The position numbers were made by a program, and so were the translations under genes. Source: Candidatus Longimicrobiales bacterium M2_2A_002 (GTDB taxonomy: Bacteria > Gemmatimonadota > Gemmatimonadetes > Longimicrobiales > RSA9). From it: DNA of 64,000 bases. A model generated the notes under the pieces. That model was not told where the DNA came from and did no database searches. It worked only from the letters and a program-made list of their open reading frames with translations. The DNA lies in NCBI GenBank assembly GCA_051418035.1, contig JBPRGE010000112.1:5109-69108 (forward strand), read 5' to 3'. Every line of letters begins with the position of its first letter. The stretch's first letter is position 1. This document shows positions 49,345 through 59,853 of the stretch, one piece after another.

Positions 49345-50327
49345 GCCTGTCCTGGGTGCACGCCGACCTCCTCGCGGATATGGCCGACCATGTGAGCGTT
49401 GGAAGCGGTCTCTGCCGCCTTGAGGGCGTTCGTGATGGCCCGCGGCGGCGAGTCGCCGTGACATATGATCGAGATCCCGTTCACGCCCAGCAGCGGTGCG
49501 CCGCCGTACTCGGCGTAATCCAGGATCCGGGTCACGCGGTCCGCTGGCGAGTCCGGGGCCCCCTCGGCGATGTCCTTGCGGATCAGCCCGAACACGAAGC
49601 CGGCCACGCTCTCGTAGAACTTGAGCAGCACGTTCCCGACGAAGCCGTCGGCCACCAGCACGTCACAGGCCCCCTCGATGATGTCCCGCCCCTCGATGTT
49701 GCCCACGAAGTTCAGGTCCGAGGCGGCCAGGCGACGGTGCGTCTCCACCGCCAGCTCGTTCCCCTTCTCCGGCTCCTCCCCGATATTCAGCAGCCCCACC
49801 CGGGGCGTCGCCCGACCCAGCACGTCACGGGCGTACACGGCACCCAGACGCGCGAACTGCTCCAGGTTCTCCGGCTTGCAGTCGACATTGGCGCCCCCGT
49901 CCAGAAGCACCATCGGGCCCACGGACGTGGGCACCATCGCCGCGACCGCCGGCCGGTCGATCCCCGGCAGTGGTCGCAGCATCAGGAGCGATGCGGCCAT
50001 GACCGCGCCGGTGGACCCGGCGCTCACGAACGCGTCTACCTCGCCCGCCTTCTGGAGCTGGATCCCGACCACGATCGAAGAATCCGACTTCCGCCGCACC
50101 GCTGCGGCCGGCGCCTCGCTCGGGTCGATCCGCTCCGATGCGTGCATCACGCTCAGCCGCCGACCCTCGGTCCTGCCCAGCCGCTCCAGCTCCCGGCGGA
50201 TCTGTGTCTCATCGCCCACGAGGACGACTTCCGACGAGGCGGGGAGATCCTCCAGCGCCGCCACCACTCCCTCGACCTCCACGGCCGGGTGGCGGTCCGT
50301 CCCCATGGCGTCTACGGCGATGCGCAA
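49341..50327 (-). CDS. plsX: Phosphate acyltransferase PlsX
   Basis: RIAVDAMG, SAGSTGA, RPA, NIGEE..KG, DGFVGN; TTG start inferred. Confidence 0.94.
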   Translation of the reverse strand: MRIAVDAMGTDRHPAVEVEGVVAALEDLPASSEVVLVGDETQIRRELERLGRTEGRRLSVMHASERIDPSEAPAAAVRRKSDSSIVVGIQLQKAGEVDAFVSAGSTGAVMAASLLMLRPLPGIDRPAVAAMVPTSVGPMVLLDGGANVDCKPENLEQFARLGAVYARDVLGRATPRVGLLNIGEEPEKGNELAVETHRRLAASDLNFVGNIEGRDIIEGACDVLVADGFVGNVLLKFYESVAGFVFGLIRKDIAEGAPDSPADRVTRILDYAEYGGAPLLGVNGISIICHGDSPPRAITNALKAAETASNAHMVGHIREEVGVHPGQA

Positions 50328-50344
50328 AGGGGGGTCCCTCGCCG

Positions 50345-50527
50345 CTAGAGCTCGTCGATGTCGACTACCTGCTCGCCCTTGTAGGTCCCACACGTGGGGC
50401 ACACCCGATGCGGCAGCTTCGGGTCGCCACAGTTCGGGCACGCGCTCAGGTTCGCCACAGGCATCTTGTGATGCGTGCGCCGCTTCCGCTTGCGCTGCTT
50501 CGATGTCCTCTTCTTCGGTACCGCCAT
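50345..50527 (-). CDS. rpmF: 50S ribosomal protein L32 (Zn-binding form)
   Basis: [10 protein letters not shown]...CPNCG...HRVCPTCG. Confidence 0.97.
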   Translation of the reverse strand: MAVPKKRTSKQRKRKRRTHHKMPVANLSACPNCGDPKLPHRVCPTCGTYKGEQVVDIDEL

Positions 50528-50537
50528 TTTCGCCTCC

Positions 50538-51047
50538 CTATCCGTCCGACTGCAACTGCCGGAGCGGCGCCCAACGTTCATCCATCTCGTCCGTGGTGCA
50601 GTCGCACTCGGACTCGTTCCAATTGGTCCCACACTGGGGACACAGCCCCTTGCACTCGGCCCGACAGTACACGTACCGCGGGACCGCCACCATCACCTGT
50701 TCCCGGACCGGCTCGCGCAGATCCAGATGCGCGTCCTCCGGAAGCGGCAGGACGTCTTCCGACTCGTCCTCCGCCAGCGCATCGCCCGCACGGTACAGCC
50801 GGCCCAGCTCCTCGTCGATCTCGACCTCCACCGGCTCGAGACACCGCCGACACGACTGCTCGAAGCGGCCCCGGATCGTCCCGCGGACCACCACGTCCGG
50901 GCCGGCCTGCTGCGCCTCGATCCGCACCTCCAGCGGGGACCGGGGCTCGAGGTCGAGCTCCTCCCAGAACTCCGCGTCCGGGGGCACATCGACATCGACA
51001 CGCGCTCGGCCTTCCCGCCACAGGCGGTTCAGGTCGACATGAAGCAT
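50538..51047 (-). CDS. yceD: DUF177/YceD family protein
   Basis: [23 protein letters not shown]; upstream of rpmF. Confidence 0.92.
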   Translation of the reverse strand: MLHVDLNRLWREGRARVDVDVPPDAEFWEELDLEPRSPLEVRIEAQQAGPDVVVRGTIRGRFEQSCRRCLEPVEVEIDEELGRLYRAGDALAEDESEDVLPLPEDAHLDLREPVREQVMVAVPRYVYCRAECKGLCPQCGTNWNESECDCTTDEMDERWAPLRQLQSDG

Positions 51048-51056
51048 AGCTTGGTA

Positions 51057-51084
51057 AGATTACGCAAGCGGTCCGTGCTGTCAA
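51057..51084 (-). promoter_or_regulatory. Sigma70-type promoter of yceD-rpmF-plsX-fab operon
   Basis: TTGACA-16nt-TAATCT about 10 nt before the yceD ATG. Confidence 0.55.
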
Positions 51085-51131
51085 TGTGACGCGACCCGTC
51101 CCCCGGACCGGTCGGGGACGCCGCCCGGCCG

Positions 51132-51554
51132 CTACCGGCTGCCGATCTCCTCGGCCTCCGAGAAGAAGAACCGGATCTCCCGGGCCGCGGTTTCCGGCGC
51201 GTCCGACGCATGGATCGAGTTGCGGCCCTTCGACTCGGCGTACAGAGCCCGGACCGTCCCCTCCTCGGCCTCGGCGGGGTCGGTCGCTCCAATGACCACC
51301 CGGAGCTTCGTGACCGCGTCCTCGGCTTCGAGGAGCACCGGCACGACGGGCCCGGAGATCATGAACTCCACCAGCTCCTGGTAGAACGGGCGGTTCTTGT
51401 GGACGGCGTAGAACTCCCGGGCCTGGGCCTCGGTCAGCCGTGTCATGCGCATGGCCCGGATCTCGAACCCCGCGTCCTCGAGGTGGGCCAGGATCTGGCC
51501 GACCAGGTCGCGGCCGGTCGCGTCGGGCTTGATGATGGCGAGCGTCTGTTGCAT
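51132..51554 (-). CDS. ndk: Nucleoside diphosphate kinase
   Basis: [25 protein letters not shown]. Confidence 0.97.
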   Translation of the reverse strand: MQQTLAIIKPDATGRDLVGQILAHLEDAGFEIRAMRMTRLTEAQAREFYAVHKNRPFYQELVEFMISGPVVPVLLEAEDAVTKLRVVIGATDPAEAEEGTVRALYAESKGRNSIHASDAPETAAREIRFFFSEAEEIGSR

Positions 51555-51607
51555 GGGGCTTCTATCTGGGTTCGGGTCGTGCGGCCCGGCGGGTCCGGGC
51601 GGTCGGC

Positions 51608-52492
51608 TCAGCCGCGGCCGAAGAGCTTCCGGATGATGTCGGCCCGGGAGACCATCCCCGTGATGGCCCCGGCGTTGACCACCGGGATCTGCTCCACGTC
51701 CTTGTTGATCATCATGCTGGCCACTTCACTGACACCGAGGTCATCGGAGACGCAAAGGACGGACCGGGCCATCACCTCCCGGACCGGGCGGTCGCCGGGC
51801 TCCTGGTCGGTCTCGGCGTCCTCGGACCCCGCCCGGGGGATCTTGGGCAGCAGCGCCCGCATGATGTCGCTCTCGCTGACCAGCCCGAGCACCTCCTGCT
51901 TGTCGCCCACGATGGGGACGGCGTTGAGCCGGTAGCGGAGCATGAGCTCGAGCGCATCGCGGACGGTGGCGTCGGGGCCCACGGACCGGATCCGGTGGGT
52001 CATGACGTCGCGCACCGTCAGGCTGGGCTGGATCCGCAGGTCCTGGAGCTCGGGCAGGGCGAGGATCGAGGCGGCATCGTCCTGGCGGGTCAGCGTGTCG
52101 ACTACGCCGGGTCGACGGAGGAGCCGGGCCAGCGTGGACATGGTCTGCAGGTACAGGCTGGCCGCCTCCTGCGGCGCGAGGATCACGGCCACGATCCGGG
52201 GCTCCACGTCCAGCGCCGAACCCGGACAGGGGATCGGCTCGGGCGAGACCCCGAGGGCCAGCGTCAGCCGGTCGACGGACTCGGACCGGAAGTGGGGCAG
52301 CACCACGTCCTCGCTCACGGCCAGCACATCCCGGAGCGGCCGGCTCCGGATCCGCTCGTGGAGCTCGCTCGACGGCTCGACCGCGCCCGTCTCTTCGAGC
52401 CGGCTCACCAGCTGCTCGATGGCCGTGCGAAGGTCGGGCGCCACCAGCGGCACCACGACGTGCTCCGGCCGCAGCAGGTCCAGGAGATCCAT
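51608..52492 (-). CDS. PTS EIIA(Fru/Ntr-type) domain fused to tandem CBS domains
   Basis: [14 protein letters not shown] (phospho-His position), LALGVS; then TVRDVMT...AVPIV...RPVREVM...QIPVV. Confidence 0.75.
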   Translation of the reverse strand: MDLLDLLRPEHVVVPLVAPDLRTAIEQLVSRLEETGAVEPSSELHERIRSRPLRDVLAVSEDVVLPHFRSESVDRLTLALGVSPEPIPCPGSALDVEPRIVAVILAPQEAASLYLQTMSTLARLLRRPGVVDTLTRQDDAASILALPELQDLRIQPSLTVRDVMTHRIRSVGPDATVRDALELMLRYRLNAVPIVGDKQEVLGLVSESDIMRALLPKIPRAGSEDAETDQEPGDRPVREVMARSVLCVSDDLGVSEVASMMINKDVEQIPVVNAGAITGMVSRADIIRKLFGRG

Positions 52493-52521
52493 GGGAGAGT
52501 GGAGGCCCGGGAGGGCCCCCG

Positions 52522-53400
52522 CTACAGCACGTCCCGGATCAGCTCGACCACGTCGGCCGGTCGCTTCATGACCGCGATCCCGTTCTCCTCGAACGCCTGC
52601 ATCTTCTCCTCGGCGGTCCCGGCCGAGCCGCTGATGATGGCACCCGCGTGGCCCATCCGCCGGCCCGGAGGCGCCGTCTGCCCCGCGATGAAGCCGACCA
52701 CCGGCTTGGACATGGACGCCTTGACGTACGCGGCGGCGTCCTGCTCGTCGGTCCCGCCGATCTCGCCGATCATGACGACGGCCTCGGTCTCGGGGTCCGC
52801 CTCGAACGCCTCGAGCGTGTCGATGAAGTTGGTCCCGATGATCGGGTCGCCGCCGATCCCGATGCACGTGGACTGGCCGATCCCGGCCTGCGTGAGCTGG
52901 TAGACCACCTCGTACGTCAGCGTGCCGGAGCGGGAGACCACGCCGACCTTCCCCTCCTTCACGATGGAGCCCGGCATGATCCCGACCTTGGCCTGCCCCG
53001 GCGACAGCGCGCCCGGACAGTTCGGGCCCAGGAGCCGCGCGCCCTTCTCCTGCACGAACTCGTAGACCCGGGTCATGTCGAGCACCGGGATCCCCTCGGT
53101 GATGGCCACGATGAACTCGACGCCCGCCTCGGCCGCCTCCATGATCGCGTCGGCCGCGAACCGGGGCGGTACGTAGATGACGCTCGTGTTCGCGTCGGTC
53201 TCGGCCACCGCCCGGTCCATGCTGTCGAAGATCGGCACGCTCCGGCCGGCGGCATCGAACGTCTGGCCGCCCCGACCCGGGGTCACCCCCGCCACCACGT
53301 TCGTCCCGTACTCGATCATCTGCTCGGTATGGAACGCGCCGTCCCGACCGGTGATCCCCTGCACCACGAGCCGCGTGTCTCTGTCTATGAAAATCGCCAT
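52522..53400 (-). CDS. sucD: Succinyl-CoA synthetase alpha subunit
   Basis: [29 protein letters not shown]. Confidence 0.97.
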   Translation of the reverse strand: MAIFIDRDTRLVVQGITGRDGAFHTEQMIEYGTNVVAGVTPGRGGQTFDAAGRSVPIFDSMDRAVAETDANTSVIYVPPRFAADAIMEAAEAGVEFIVAITEGIPVLDMTRVYEFVQEKGARLLGPNCPGALSPGQAKVGIMPGSIVKEGKVGVVSRSGTLTYEVVYQLTQAGIGQSTCIGIGGDPIIGTNFIDTLEAFEADPETEAVVMIGEIGGTDEQDAAAYVKASMSKPVVGFIAGQTAPPGRRMGHAGAIISGSAGTAEEKMQAFEENGIAVMKRPADVVELIRDVL

Positions 53401-53492
53401 GATCCTCGTCTCAGCTCTCTATTCCAATCTGCCCGTCCACCAACGCCACCCCAGCCCCACTGTGCCACCCGCCCCCAAGGCGGTTGCCGGCG

Positions 53493-54623
53493 CTAGCCGG
53501 CTACCTCCACCGCCTTCTTCACCACGTCGTCCATCGACGTCGAGGCGGTGATCCCGGCGTCCTCGAGGATCCTCAAACCCTCCTCCTCGTTCGTGCCCGT
53601 CAGCCGGATCACCAGCGGGAGGTCGAACTCCATCCGCTCCATGGCGGTCACGATCCCGTTCGCCACATCGTCACACCGGGTGATCCCGCCGAAGATGTTG
53701 AACAGGATCACCTTCACGTTCGGGTCGCTGGTGATGATCTCCAGCGCGCTGATGACCTTCTCCGGGCTCGAGGAGCCCCCGATGTCCAGGAAGTTGGCGG
53801 GCTCCCCGCCGTAGAACTTGATCAGGTCCATGGTGGCCATGGCCAGCCCGGCGCCGTTTACGACCGCGCCGATGTTCCCGTCCAGCTTGATGTAGGTCAG
53901 GCTGGCGTCCCGGGCCTTCGTCTCCGAGGCCGGCTCGGCAGACGTGTCCCGCAGCTCCTCGATCTCCGGCTTCCGGAAGAGCTCGTTGTCATCGATGTTC
54001 ATCTTCGCATCGATGGCCTTCACCTCGCCCTCCGGCGTGGTGATCAGCGGGTTGATCTCCGCCAGGCTGGCCCCCGCGTCGACGAACGCGTCGTAGAGCC
54101 GGCTCATCGCCTTCGCCGCAGCCCGCTGCTGCTTCACGTCGTCGTAGAGGCTCGCGCCCAGCCAGTACGCCTGGAACGGAAGCAGCCCGTAGCGCGGGTC
54201 GACCGCCAGGCGACGGATGGCGTCGGGGTTCGTCTCGGCCACCTCCTCGATGTCCACACCGCCCTCACGGCTGACCATGAAGACCGGCCGCTTGGAGCTG
54301 CGATCCACGATCACGCCGACGTACGACTCGGTCTCGATATCCTCGGCCGGCGTGACCAGGACCTTCTCCACCGTCAGTCCCTTGATCTCCATCCCCAGGA
54401 TCGCCTCGGCGTGGTCGCGGGCCTCATCGGCCGAGGACGCCAGCTTCACGCCCCCCGCCTTCCCGCGGCCGCCGGCGTGGACCTGGGCCTTCACCACCAC
54501 CGTCCCGCCGTACTTCTCGGCGATGGACCGCGCCTCGTCCGGCGTGCGCGCCACTTCTCCCGGCGGCACGGGCAGCCCGTGATCGCGGAAGATCTCCTTT
54601 GCCTGGTACTCGTGGATATTCAT
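53493..54623 (-). CDS. sucC: Succinyl-CoA synthetase beta subunit
   Basis: MNIHEYQAK, GGRGKAGGV, EINPL, NGAGLAMATMD, NIFGGI. Confidence 0.97.
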   Translation of the reverse strand: MNIHEYQAKEIFRDHGLPVPPGEVARTPDEARSIAEKYGGTVVVKAQVHAGGRGKAGGVKLASSADEARDHAEAILGMEIKGLTVEKVLVTPAEDIETESYVGVIVDRSSKRPVFMVSREGGVDIEEVAETNPDAIRRLAVDPRYGLLPFQAYWLGASLYDDVKQQRAAAKAMSRLYDAFVDAGASLAEINPLITTPEGEVKAIDAKMNIDDNELFRKPEIEELRDTSAEPASETKARDASLTYIKLDGNIGAVVNGAGLAMATMDLIKFYGGEPANFLDIGGSSSPEKVISALEIITSDPNVKVILFNIFGGITRCDDVANGIVTAMERMEFDLPLVIRLTGTNEEEGLRILEDAGITASTSMDDVVKKAVEVAG

Positions 54624-54624
54624 T

Positions 54625-55578
54625 TCATTCCGCCCGGATCGTCGTTCCAGTTCGTCCTTCGACCACTTCCAGCCCTGCTTCCAGCCGGCCGATATGGGCC
54701 GCCATCCCGCCCGCCTCCACGAACGCGACCGCCGCCTCGACCTTCGGCGCCATGCTCCCGGCGCCCAGCTCGCCCGCGTCCAGCAGTGCGCGGGCCTCGG
54801 CCACCGTCAGCGTGTCCAGCCGCTCCTGCTCGTCCGTGCCGAACCCCCGATAGACACCCTCGACATCCGTCAGGATCACGAACTCGCTGGCGTCGATGTC
54901 GCCGGCCAGCACCTGCGCCGCCCGGTCCTTGTCGATCACGCCATCGAGCCCTTCGATCCCGAGCTCCGGATCGATGTAAACGGGGCTCCCGCCCCCGCCC
55001 GCGGCGATGACGATGGTCCCGCCCTCGACCAGCCGCCGGATCTGTCCGTGCTCCACGATCCGGATCGGCCGCGGCGACGCGATCAGCCGGCGCCACCCCT
55101 TGTCGGTCTCCCGGACGGGCACACCATCGGCTTCCAGCGCCCGCGCCGTGGCCTCGTCCATGACCCGGCCGATCGGCTTCACCGGCTCCCGGCTGGCCGG
55201 GTCGTCGGGATCCACCACCACCTGGGTGATGACCGTGACCACGTCCCGCTTCACGCCGAACCGGTCGAGCGCGTTCTGGAGCGACTGCTGGATCATGTAC
55301 CCGATCCAGCCGCCGGTCCCGGCCACGAGCACCCCCACGGGCAGCGGCGGGATCCGGTCCCGCACCGCCTCGTTCCGTCGCAGGTCGTCGCCGATCTGCG
55401 GGCCGTTGCCGTGGACAACGGCCACGCGCCACCCTTCCCGGGCCAGCGCCACCAGCGGCTCCAGGCTCGCCCGCGTGTGGGCGAACTGCTCGGTGATGTC
55501 GCCGCGACCGCCCGGCGGCTGCAGCGCGTTGCCGCCCAGCGCCACCACAATGGTCTTGCTCCCCGGCGGCGGCATCAT
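54625..55578 (-). CDS. arcC: Carbamate kinase
   Basis: VVALGGNAL, HGNGPQIG, KPIG, GWRR..ASP.P, VIDKD, GSMAPKV; start uncertain. Confidence 0.9.
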   Translation of the reverse strand: MMPPPGSKTIVVALGGNALQPPGGRGDITEQFAHTRASLEPLVALAREGWRVAVVHGNGPQIGDDLRRNEAVRDRIPPLPVGVLVAGTGGWIGYMIQQSLQNALDRFGVKRDVVTVITQVVVDPDDPASREPVKPIGRVMDEATARALEADGVPVRETDKGWRRLIASPRPIRIVEHGQIRRLVEGGTIVIAAGGGGSPVYIDPELGIEGLDGVIDKDRAAQVLAGDIDASEFVILTDVEGVYRGFGTDEQERLDTLTVAEARALLDAGELGAGSMAPKVEAAVAFVEAGGMAAHIGRLEAGLEVVEGRTGTTIRAE

Positions 55579-55645
55579 AACCCGCACCCCAACCACCGGC
55601 AACCGTCGTTCCGGCGACCCATCGCCGTGCCGTTCGGTCCATCCG

Positions 55646-58378
55646 TCATGGGCTTGCTCCACCCGTCTGGTCTCGTTGCAGCCGCTCCAGGAGCGCCCGG
55701 AGCTCGTCCAGCGTCTCGCCGTACCCGGCCCAGTCTCCCTCGCGGAGCCGCTCCCCGGCCCTGTCCAGCAGATCGAGCGCCCGGGCGGGCCACCGGTCGC
55801 CGGCGGGCCTCGGTCCCGCCCCTCGCGCGTCGCCGGACGCCTCGGCCAGCGGGAGGTCCAGACGCGCCATGGCGCCCCGGAGCGTCTCGGCCATGGCCAC
55901 GTTCCGGCCGTCGCTGACCACCACGCGCCAGAGCTCCGGGATCGGGTTCTCCTCGGCGCTCAGGAAGAGCGGCTGGATGTAGAGGACCGAGCTGTCCAGC
56001 GGGACGATCCGTACGCGGCCCATGTTCACGCCGCTCCCCCGCTGCCGCAGGAGCGACAGCTCGGGCGAGATGATCGGGTCCTGCTCGATCACCGCCTGGA
56101 CCTGGCCCGGGCCCGGGATCTGCTGGTCCCGGGGGAACTCGTAGAGCGTGAGGTCGCCGTAGCCCGCGCCATCGTTCCGGACCACCAGCAGCGCGGTCAT
56201 GTTCTGCCGGCCGCGGGCGATGAACGGTATGGCGCCCAGGAACTCCACAGTCCCGTCCAGCGGGACCGGCAGGAGCCCGTAGACGGGCCCCGTCTCCCGC
56301 GTCCCGCCGTTCGGCGCCGACTCCTGGGGCCGCTGCCAGACGTCCTGGCCCGCATAGAACGGCTCCGCCCGCTGGAGGTGGTACTCCATCAGGATCTCGG
56401 CCTGCACCTGCAGCGCCAGCTCCGGGTAGATCAGGTGGCGCCGCAGCTCGGCGGGCATGGAGTCCAGCGGCTCGAAGAGATCCGGGAAGACCGCCCCGTA
56501 GGTCTGGAGCACCGGGTCGTCGCCCACCGAGTAGAAGTGGACGTCACCGGTGACGGCGTCCACCGACGCCTTCACCGAGGGCCGCATGAACCGCACGGCG
56601 CTGCGGGCCAGCGGCACCGACCGCGACAGCGGGAACGAGCTCGAGATCGTGTAGCCGTCCACCAGCCAGACCACGCGGCCGTCGATGATCGCGGGCATGA
56701 TGTCCGGGTCCCAGAGGAGGAACGGGACCAGCTCCTCGACCCGCTCCCGGACCGTCCGGCGGAAGACGATCCGGCTCTCCCGGGTCACCTCCCCGCTGAA
56801 GAGGAGCGTCTCATCACCGAACCGCCACGCGAACGCCAGCATTCGTGCGAACGAGCTCAACGGCACGCCCCGGGGGAACGCCACCCCCGGCTCGCCCGTG
56901 AGCTGGTTGTCCCGGCCGGGGACGATGATGACGTACTCGTCCATCGTCTCGCCGAAGAAGACGCCCGGCTGATCCAGCCTCATGGACGCCGGGGCCGCCT
57001 GCGTGTCCGTGACCACCGGGTTCACGTTCCGGATCCACAGCTCCGGCGTACCGTCGCCCCGGCCTTCCGGGTGCGTCGGCGCGGCCACCGCGCCCATCCC
57101 CCGGATATAGGACGGGTTCAGCCGCAGGCTCTGCCATGTCTGGCTCCCCGTCTCGAGCCCGCTCGGCTGGAACTCGCGCACCCCCAGGGCCACCTGCTGC
57201 TCCTGGCCCGGCGGGCCGTAGCGGTCGTAGTCCACGTCGGGGAACCGGTAGTACGGGTAGAGCGTCTGGACCTCGTTGAACGCCCGCTGCAGCGGCTCCG
57301 TGTCCCAGAGCGGGACATGGGCCAGCCGGCCCGTGAGCCGGTCGAGGTCCGGCCGGGCCTCCGCCGCGTACGGGAACGATCGTCGGGTCATCGGGTCCAG
57401 CCCGTACGCCCGACGGGTGAACTCCAGGTTCCAGCGGATGTACGGCGCTTCCCGGCTCAGCTCGTTCGGTTCGACCTGGAACTTCTGCACCAGCGCCGGA
57501 TACGCCTGGCCCAGGAGCAGCCCGGCGACCAGGAGCCCGCCCAGTGCCAGCACCGGCGGCAGCAGCGCCCGGTTCCATGCACCCCAGAGCAGCGCCCCGG
57601 CGGCCGCAATCGAGAGGCCCGCCATGGCCCACGCCACCGGGATCCGCGCCTGGACGTCGGTGAAGCCCAGCGCGCCGGCCACGCCGTTCCCGTCCACCAC
57701 GAGGTGGTAGCGGCCGAGCCAGAAGCGGACGCCCACCAGCACCACCAGTGCAGCCCCCAGCACCGCCAGGTGCTTGCGCGCGACCGGCGTCATGGAGACC
57801 CGGTTCTCGTCCCACTCGATGCCGCCCACCAGCACGTGCCCGAGCCCCACCAGCGCGACCGTCCACACCACGATCAGGATCGCGTACTCGAGGGCGTCCG
57901 TCGCCACCGGGAGCGTGAACAGGTAGTACGCCACGTCCTTCCCGAACAGCGGGTCCTCGAGCCCCCACGACACCTTCTCGAGCCACGACCCCACCGCCAG
58001 CACGGCCCGGTCGCTGAACTGGAGCTCGGCGAGCCACCACCCGCCCAGCACCGCTACCACCACGATGATCCCGAGGACGTACTTCCGGGGCACCTGCTCG
58101 GCGATCTCGATATTGCCGTACCGCCGGCGCACCCGGACGGGACCGAGGTGCCGGGCCACCCACCAGAGGTTCGCGAACACCACGCCCGCCGCCAGGAGCG
58201 CCGCGACGCCCCGGACCGAGAGCTCGAGCATCAGCCGCTTCCAGAACGTGGAGACGAACCCGACGCCCTGGTACCAGAGGATGTCCGTGTAGAAGCCCAC
58301 CGCCACCCGCCCCAGCACCAGCAGGATGAGGATGGCGACGGCGCCGATCAGGGCGATCCGGCCGACCCGACGACGCAT
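55646..58378 (-). CDS. UPF0182 family membrane protein
   Basis: YTDILWY..VG, DPLFG.D..YY.F.LP, VEPNE..RE.PYI..N..TR.AYGL, VDAVTG. Confidence 0.9.
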   Translation of the reverse strand: MRRRVGRIALIGAVAILILLVLGRVAVGFYTDILWYQGVGFVSTFWKRLMLELSVRGVAALLAAGVVFANLWWVARHLGPVRVRRRYGNIEIAEQVPRKYVLGIIVVVAVLGGWWLAELQFSDRAVLAVGSWLEKVSWGLEDPLFGKDVAYYLFTLPVATDALEYAILIVVWTVALVGLGHVLVGGIEWDENRVSMTPVARKHLAVLGAALVVLVGVRFWLGRYHLVVDGNGVAGALGFTDVQARIPVAWAMAGLSIAAAGALLWGAWNRALLPPVLALGGLLVAGLLLGQAYPALVQKFQVEPNELSREAPYIRWNLEFTRRAYGLDPMTRRSFPYAAEARPDLDRLTGRLAHVPLWDTEPLQRAFNEVQTLYPYYRFPDVDYDRYGPPGQEQQVALGVREFQPSGLETGSQTWQSLRLNPSYIRGMGAVAAPTHPEGRGDGTPELWIRNVNPVVTDTQAAPASMRLDQPGVFFGETMDEYVIIVPGRDNQLTGEPGVAFPRGVPLSSFARMLAFAWRFGDETLLFSGEVTRESRIVFRRTVRERVEELVPFLLWDPDIMPAIIDGRVVWLVDGYTISSSFPLSRSVPLARSAVRFMRPSVKASVDAVTGDVHFYSVGDDPVLQTYGAVFPDLFEPLDSMPAELRRHLIYPELALQVQAEILMEYHLQRAEPFYAGQDVWQRPQESAPNGGTRETGPVYGLLPVPLDGTVEFLGAIPFIARGRQNMTALLVVRNDGAGYGDLTLYEFPRDQQIPGPGQVQAVIEQDPIISPELSLLRQRGSGVNMGRVRIVPLDSSVLYIQPLFLSAEENPIPELWRVVVSDGRNVAMAETLRGAMARLDLPLAEASGDARGAGPRPAGDRWPARALDLLDRAGERLREGDWAGYGETLDELRALLERLQRDQTGGASP

Positions 58379-58379
58379 G

Positions 58380-59762
58380 CTACGGCTCGATGCCCTGGGT
58401 CCCGAGCCACTCCTCCATCGTCTCCCGGATGGCGTCCAGCTGCGCCTCCGTACGGGCCTCGTAGCGAAGCACCAGCACCGGCTGCGTGTTGGACGCCCGC
58501 AGGAGCCCCCACCCGCCGTCGAACAGGACGCGGGCGCCGTCCACGTCGATCACCTCGTGGTCCCGGGAGAAGGCCTCCACCGCCCGGGCCACGATCTCGA
58601 ACTTCTCCGACTCCGACACGTCCACCCGGATCTCCGGCGTGGAGACGTAGTCCGGGAACGCCGCGACCTGCTCCGAAAGCGTCTGCTCCGACCGGGCCAG
58701 CAGGTCGACCAGCCGGCCGGCGGCGTAGACGGCGTCGTCGAAGCCGTAGTAGTCATCGGCGAAGCAGATGTGGCCCGACAGCTCCCCGGCCACCGGCGCC
58801 CCCGTCTCCTTCATCTTCTCCTTGATCAGCGAGTGGCCCGTCTTCCACATGATCGGCTTGCCGCCGTGCTCCTCCAGGACCTCGGGCACCGCCTGCGAGC
58901 ACTTCACGTCGAAGATCAGCGTCTGCCCCGGCCCCTCCCGCTCGATCACGTCCAGCGCGAAGAGGAGCAGCAACAGGTCGCCGCGGACGATCTCGCCGTT
59001 CTCGTCCACCGCTCCGATCCGGTCTGCATCCCCGTCGAACCCGATGCCCGCGTCGGCGCCCTCGGACCGGACCCGGGCGATCAGGTCGGCGATGTACTCG
59101 TCGACCGTCGGGTCCGGGTGATGGTTGGGGAACGTGCCGTCCGACTCGCAGTAGAGCGGGACGACATCGGCGCCGATCCGCTCCAGCAGCTCCACTGCCA
59201 CCAGGCTCCCGGCGCCGTTCCCGCAGTCCACCACCACCTTCACCGGCCGGGCCAGGTCGAACCGGCCCGCCACATCCTCGATGTAGTCCTCGAGGACGAC
59301 ACGCTCCGCCAGCTCGCCGTCTCCCTCCGTGAACGTGTCGCTCCGGATCCGCTCCTTCATTCGCTGGATCGCGGCGCCGTAGAACGACTTGCCGTCGGCC
59401 AGCATCTTGAACCCGTTGTACTCCCGCGGGTTGTGGGAGCCCGTGATCTGGATCCCGCCATCGCCCTCCAGGCGCTCCACCGCCCAGTACAGGACCGGGG
59501 TCGGTACCGTGCCGACGAAGACCACGTTCACGCCGGCGGCCCGGAGCCCCGCGACCACCTCCTCCGCGAGCCCCGGGGAGCTCGGCCGGTTGTCGTGCCC
59601 GACCACCACGCGCAGGTCCGTCCGTCCATCGTGACCGCTCCGCAGCTCGCTCCCGAACGCACGGCCGATCCACCACGGGATCTCCCCCGTCAGGTCCTCG
59701 GCCACCACGCCCCGGATGTCGTACTCCCGGAAGATGTGCTCGTTCAGCTGCTCAGGCTGCAT
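58380..59762 (-). CDS. Phosphomannomutase/phosphoglucomutase
   Basis: FREYDIRG, TGSHNP, FDGDADR, GELSGH, RASNTQP. Confidence 0.95.
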   Translation of the reverse strand: MQPEQLNEHIFREYDIRGVVAEDLTGEIPWWIGRAFGSELRSGHDGRTDLRVVVGHDNRPSSPGLAEEVVAGLRAAGVNVVFVGTVPTPVLYWAVERLEGDGGIQITGSHNPREYNGFKMLADGKSFYGAAIQRMKERIRSDTFTEGDGELAERVVLEDYIEDVAGRFDLARPVKVVVDCGNGAGSLVAVELLERIGADVVPLYCESDGTFPNHHPDPTVDEYIADLIARVRSEGADAGIGFDGDADRIGAVDENGEIVRGDLLLLLFALDVIEREGPGQTLIFDVKCSQAVPEVLEEHGGKPIMWKTGHSLIKEKMKETGAPVAGELSGHICFADDYYGFDDAVYAAGRLVDLLARSEQTLSEQVAAFPDYVSTPEIRVDVSESEKFEIVARAVEAFSRDHEVIDVDGARVLFDGGWGLLRASNTQPVLVLRYEARTEAQLDAIRETMEEWLGTQGIEP

Positions 59763-59788
59763 CCGTCAACGCTCCGTACGACCGTGAG

Positions 59789-59827
59789 AAAAACGTCCCG
59801 GGCCCCGTACTCCTGCGGGGCCCGGGA
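59789..59827 (-). terminator. Intrinsic terminator after nuoN
   Basis: 14-bp stem 59796-59809/59814-59827 followed on the minus strand by CGTTTTT. Confidence 0.6.
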
Positions 59828-59853
59828 CCGGGTTCGACTGGCCCTCCCGCGCG

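Noticed and set aside
55007..58825. 1272-aa plus-strand ORF and other long antisense ORFs (e.g. 748-3423, 40659-42653)
   Set aside because: Shadow ORFs opposite well-supported genes in high-GC DNA; Arg/Pro/Gly-rich with no motifs
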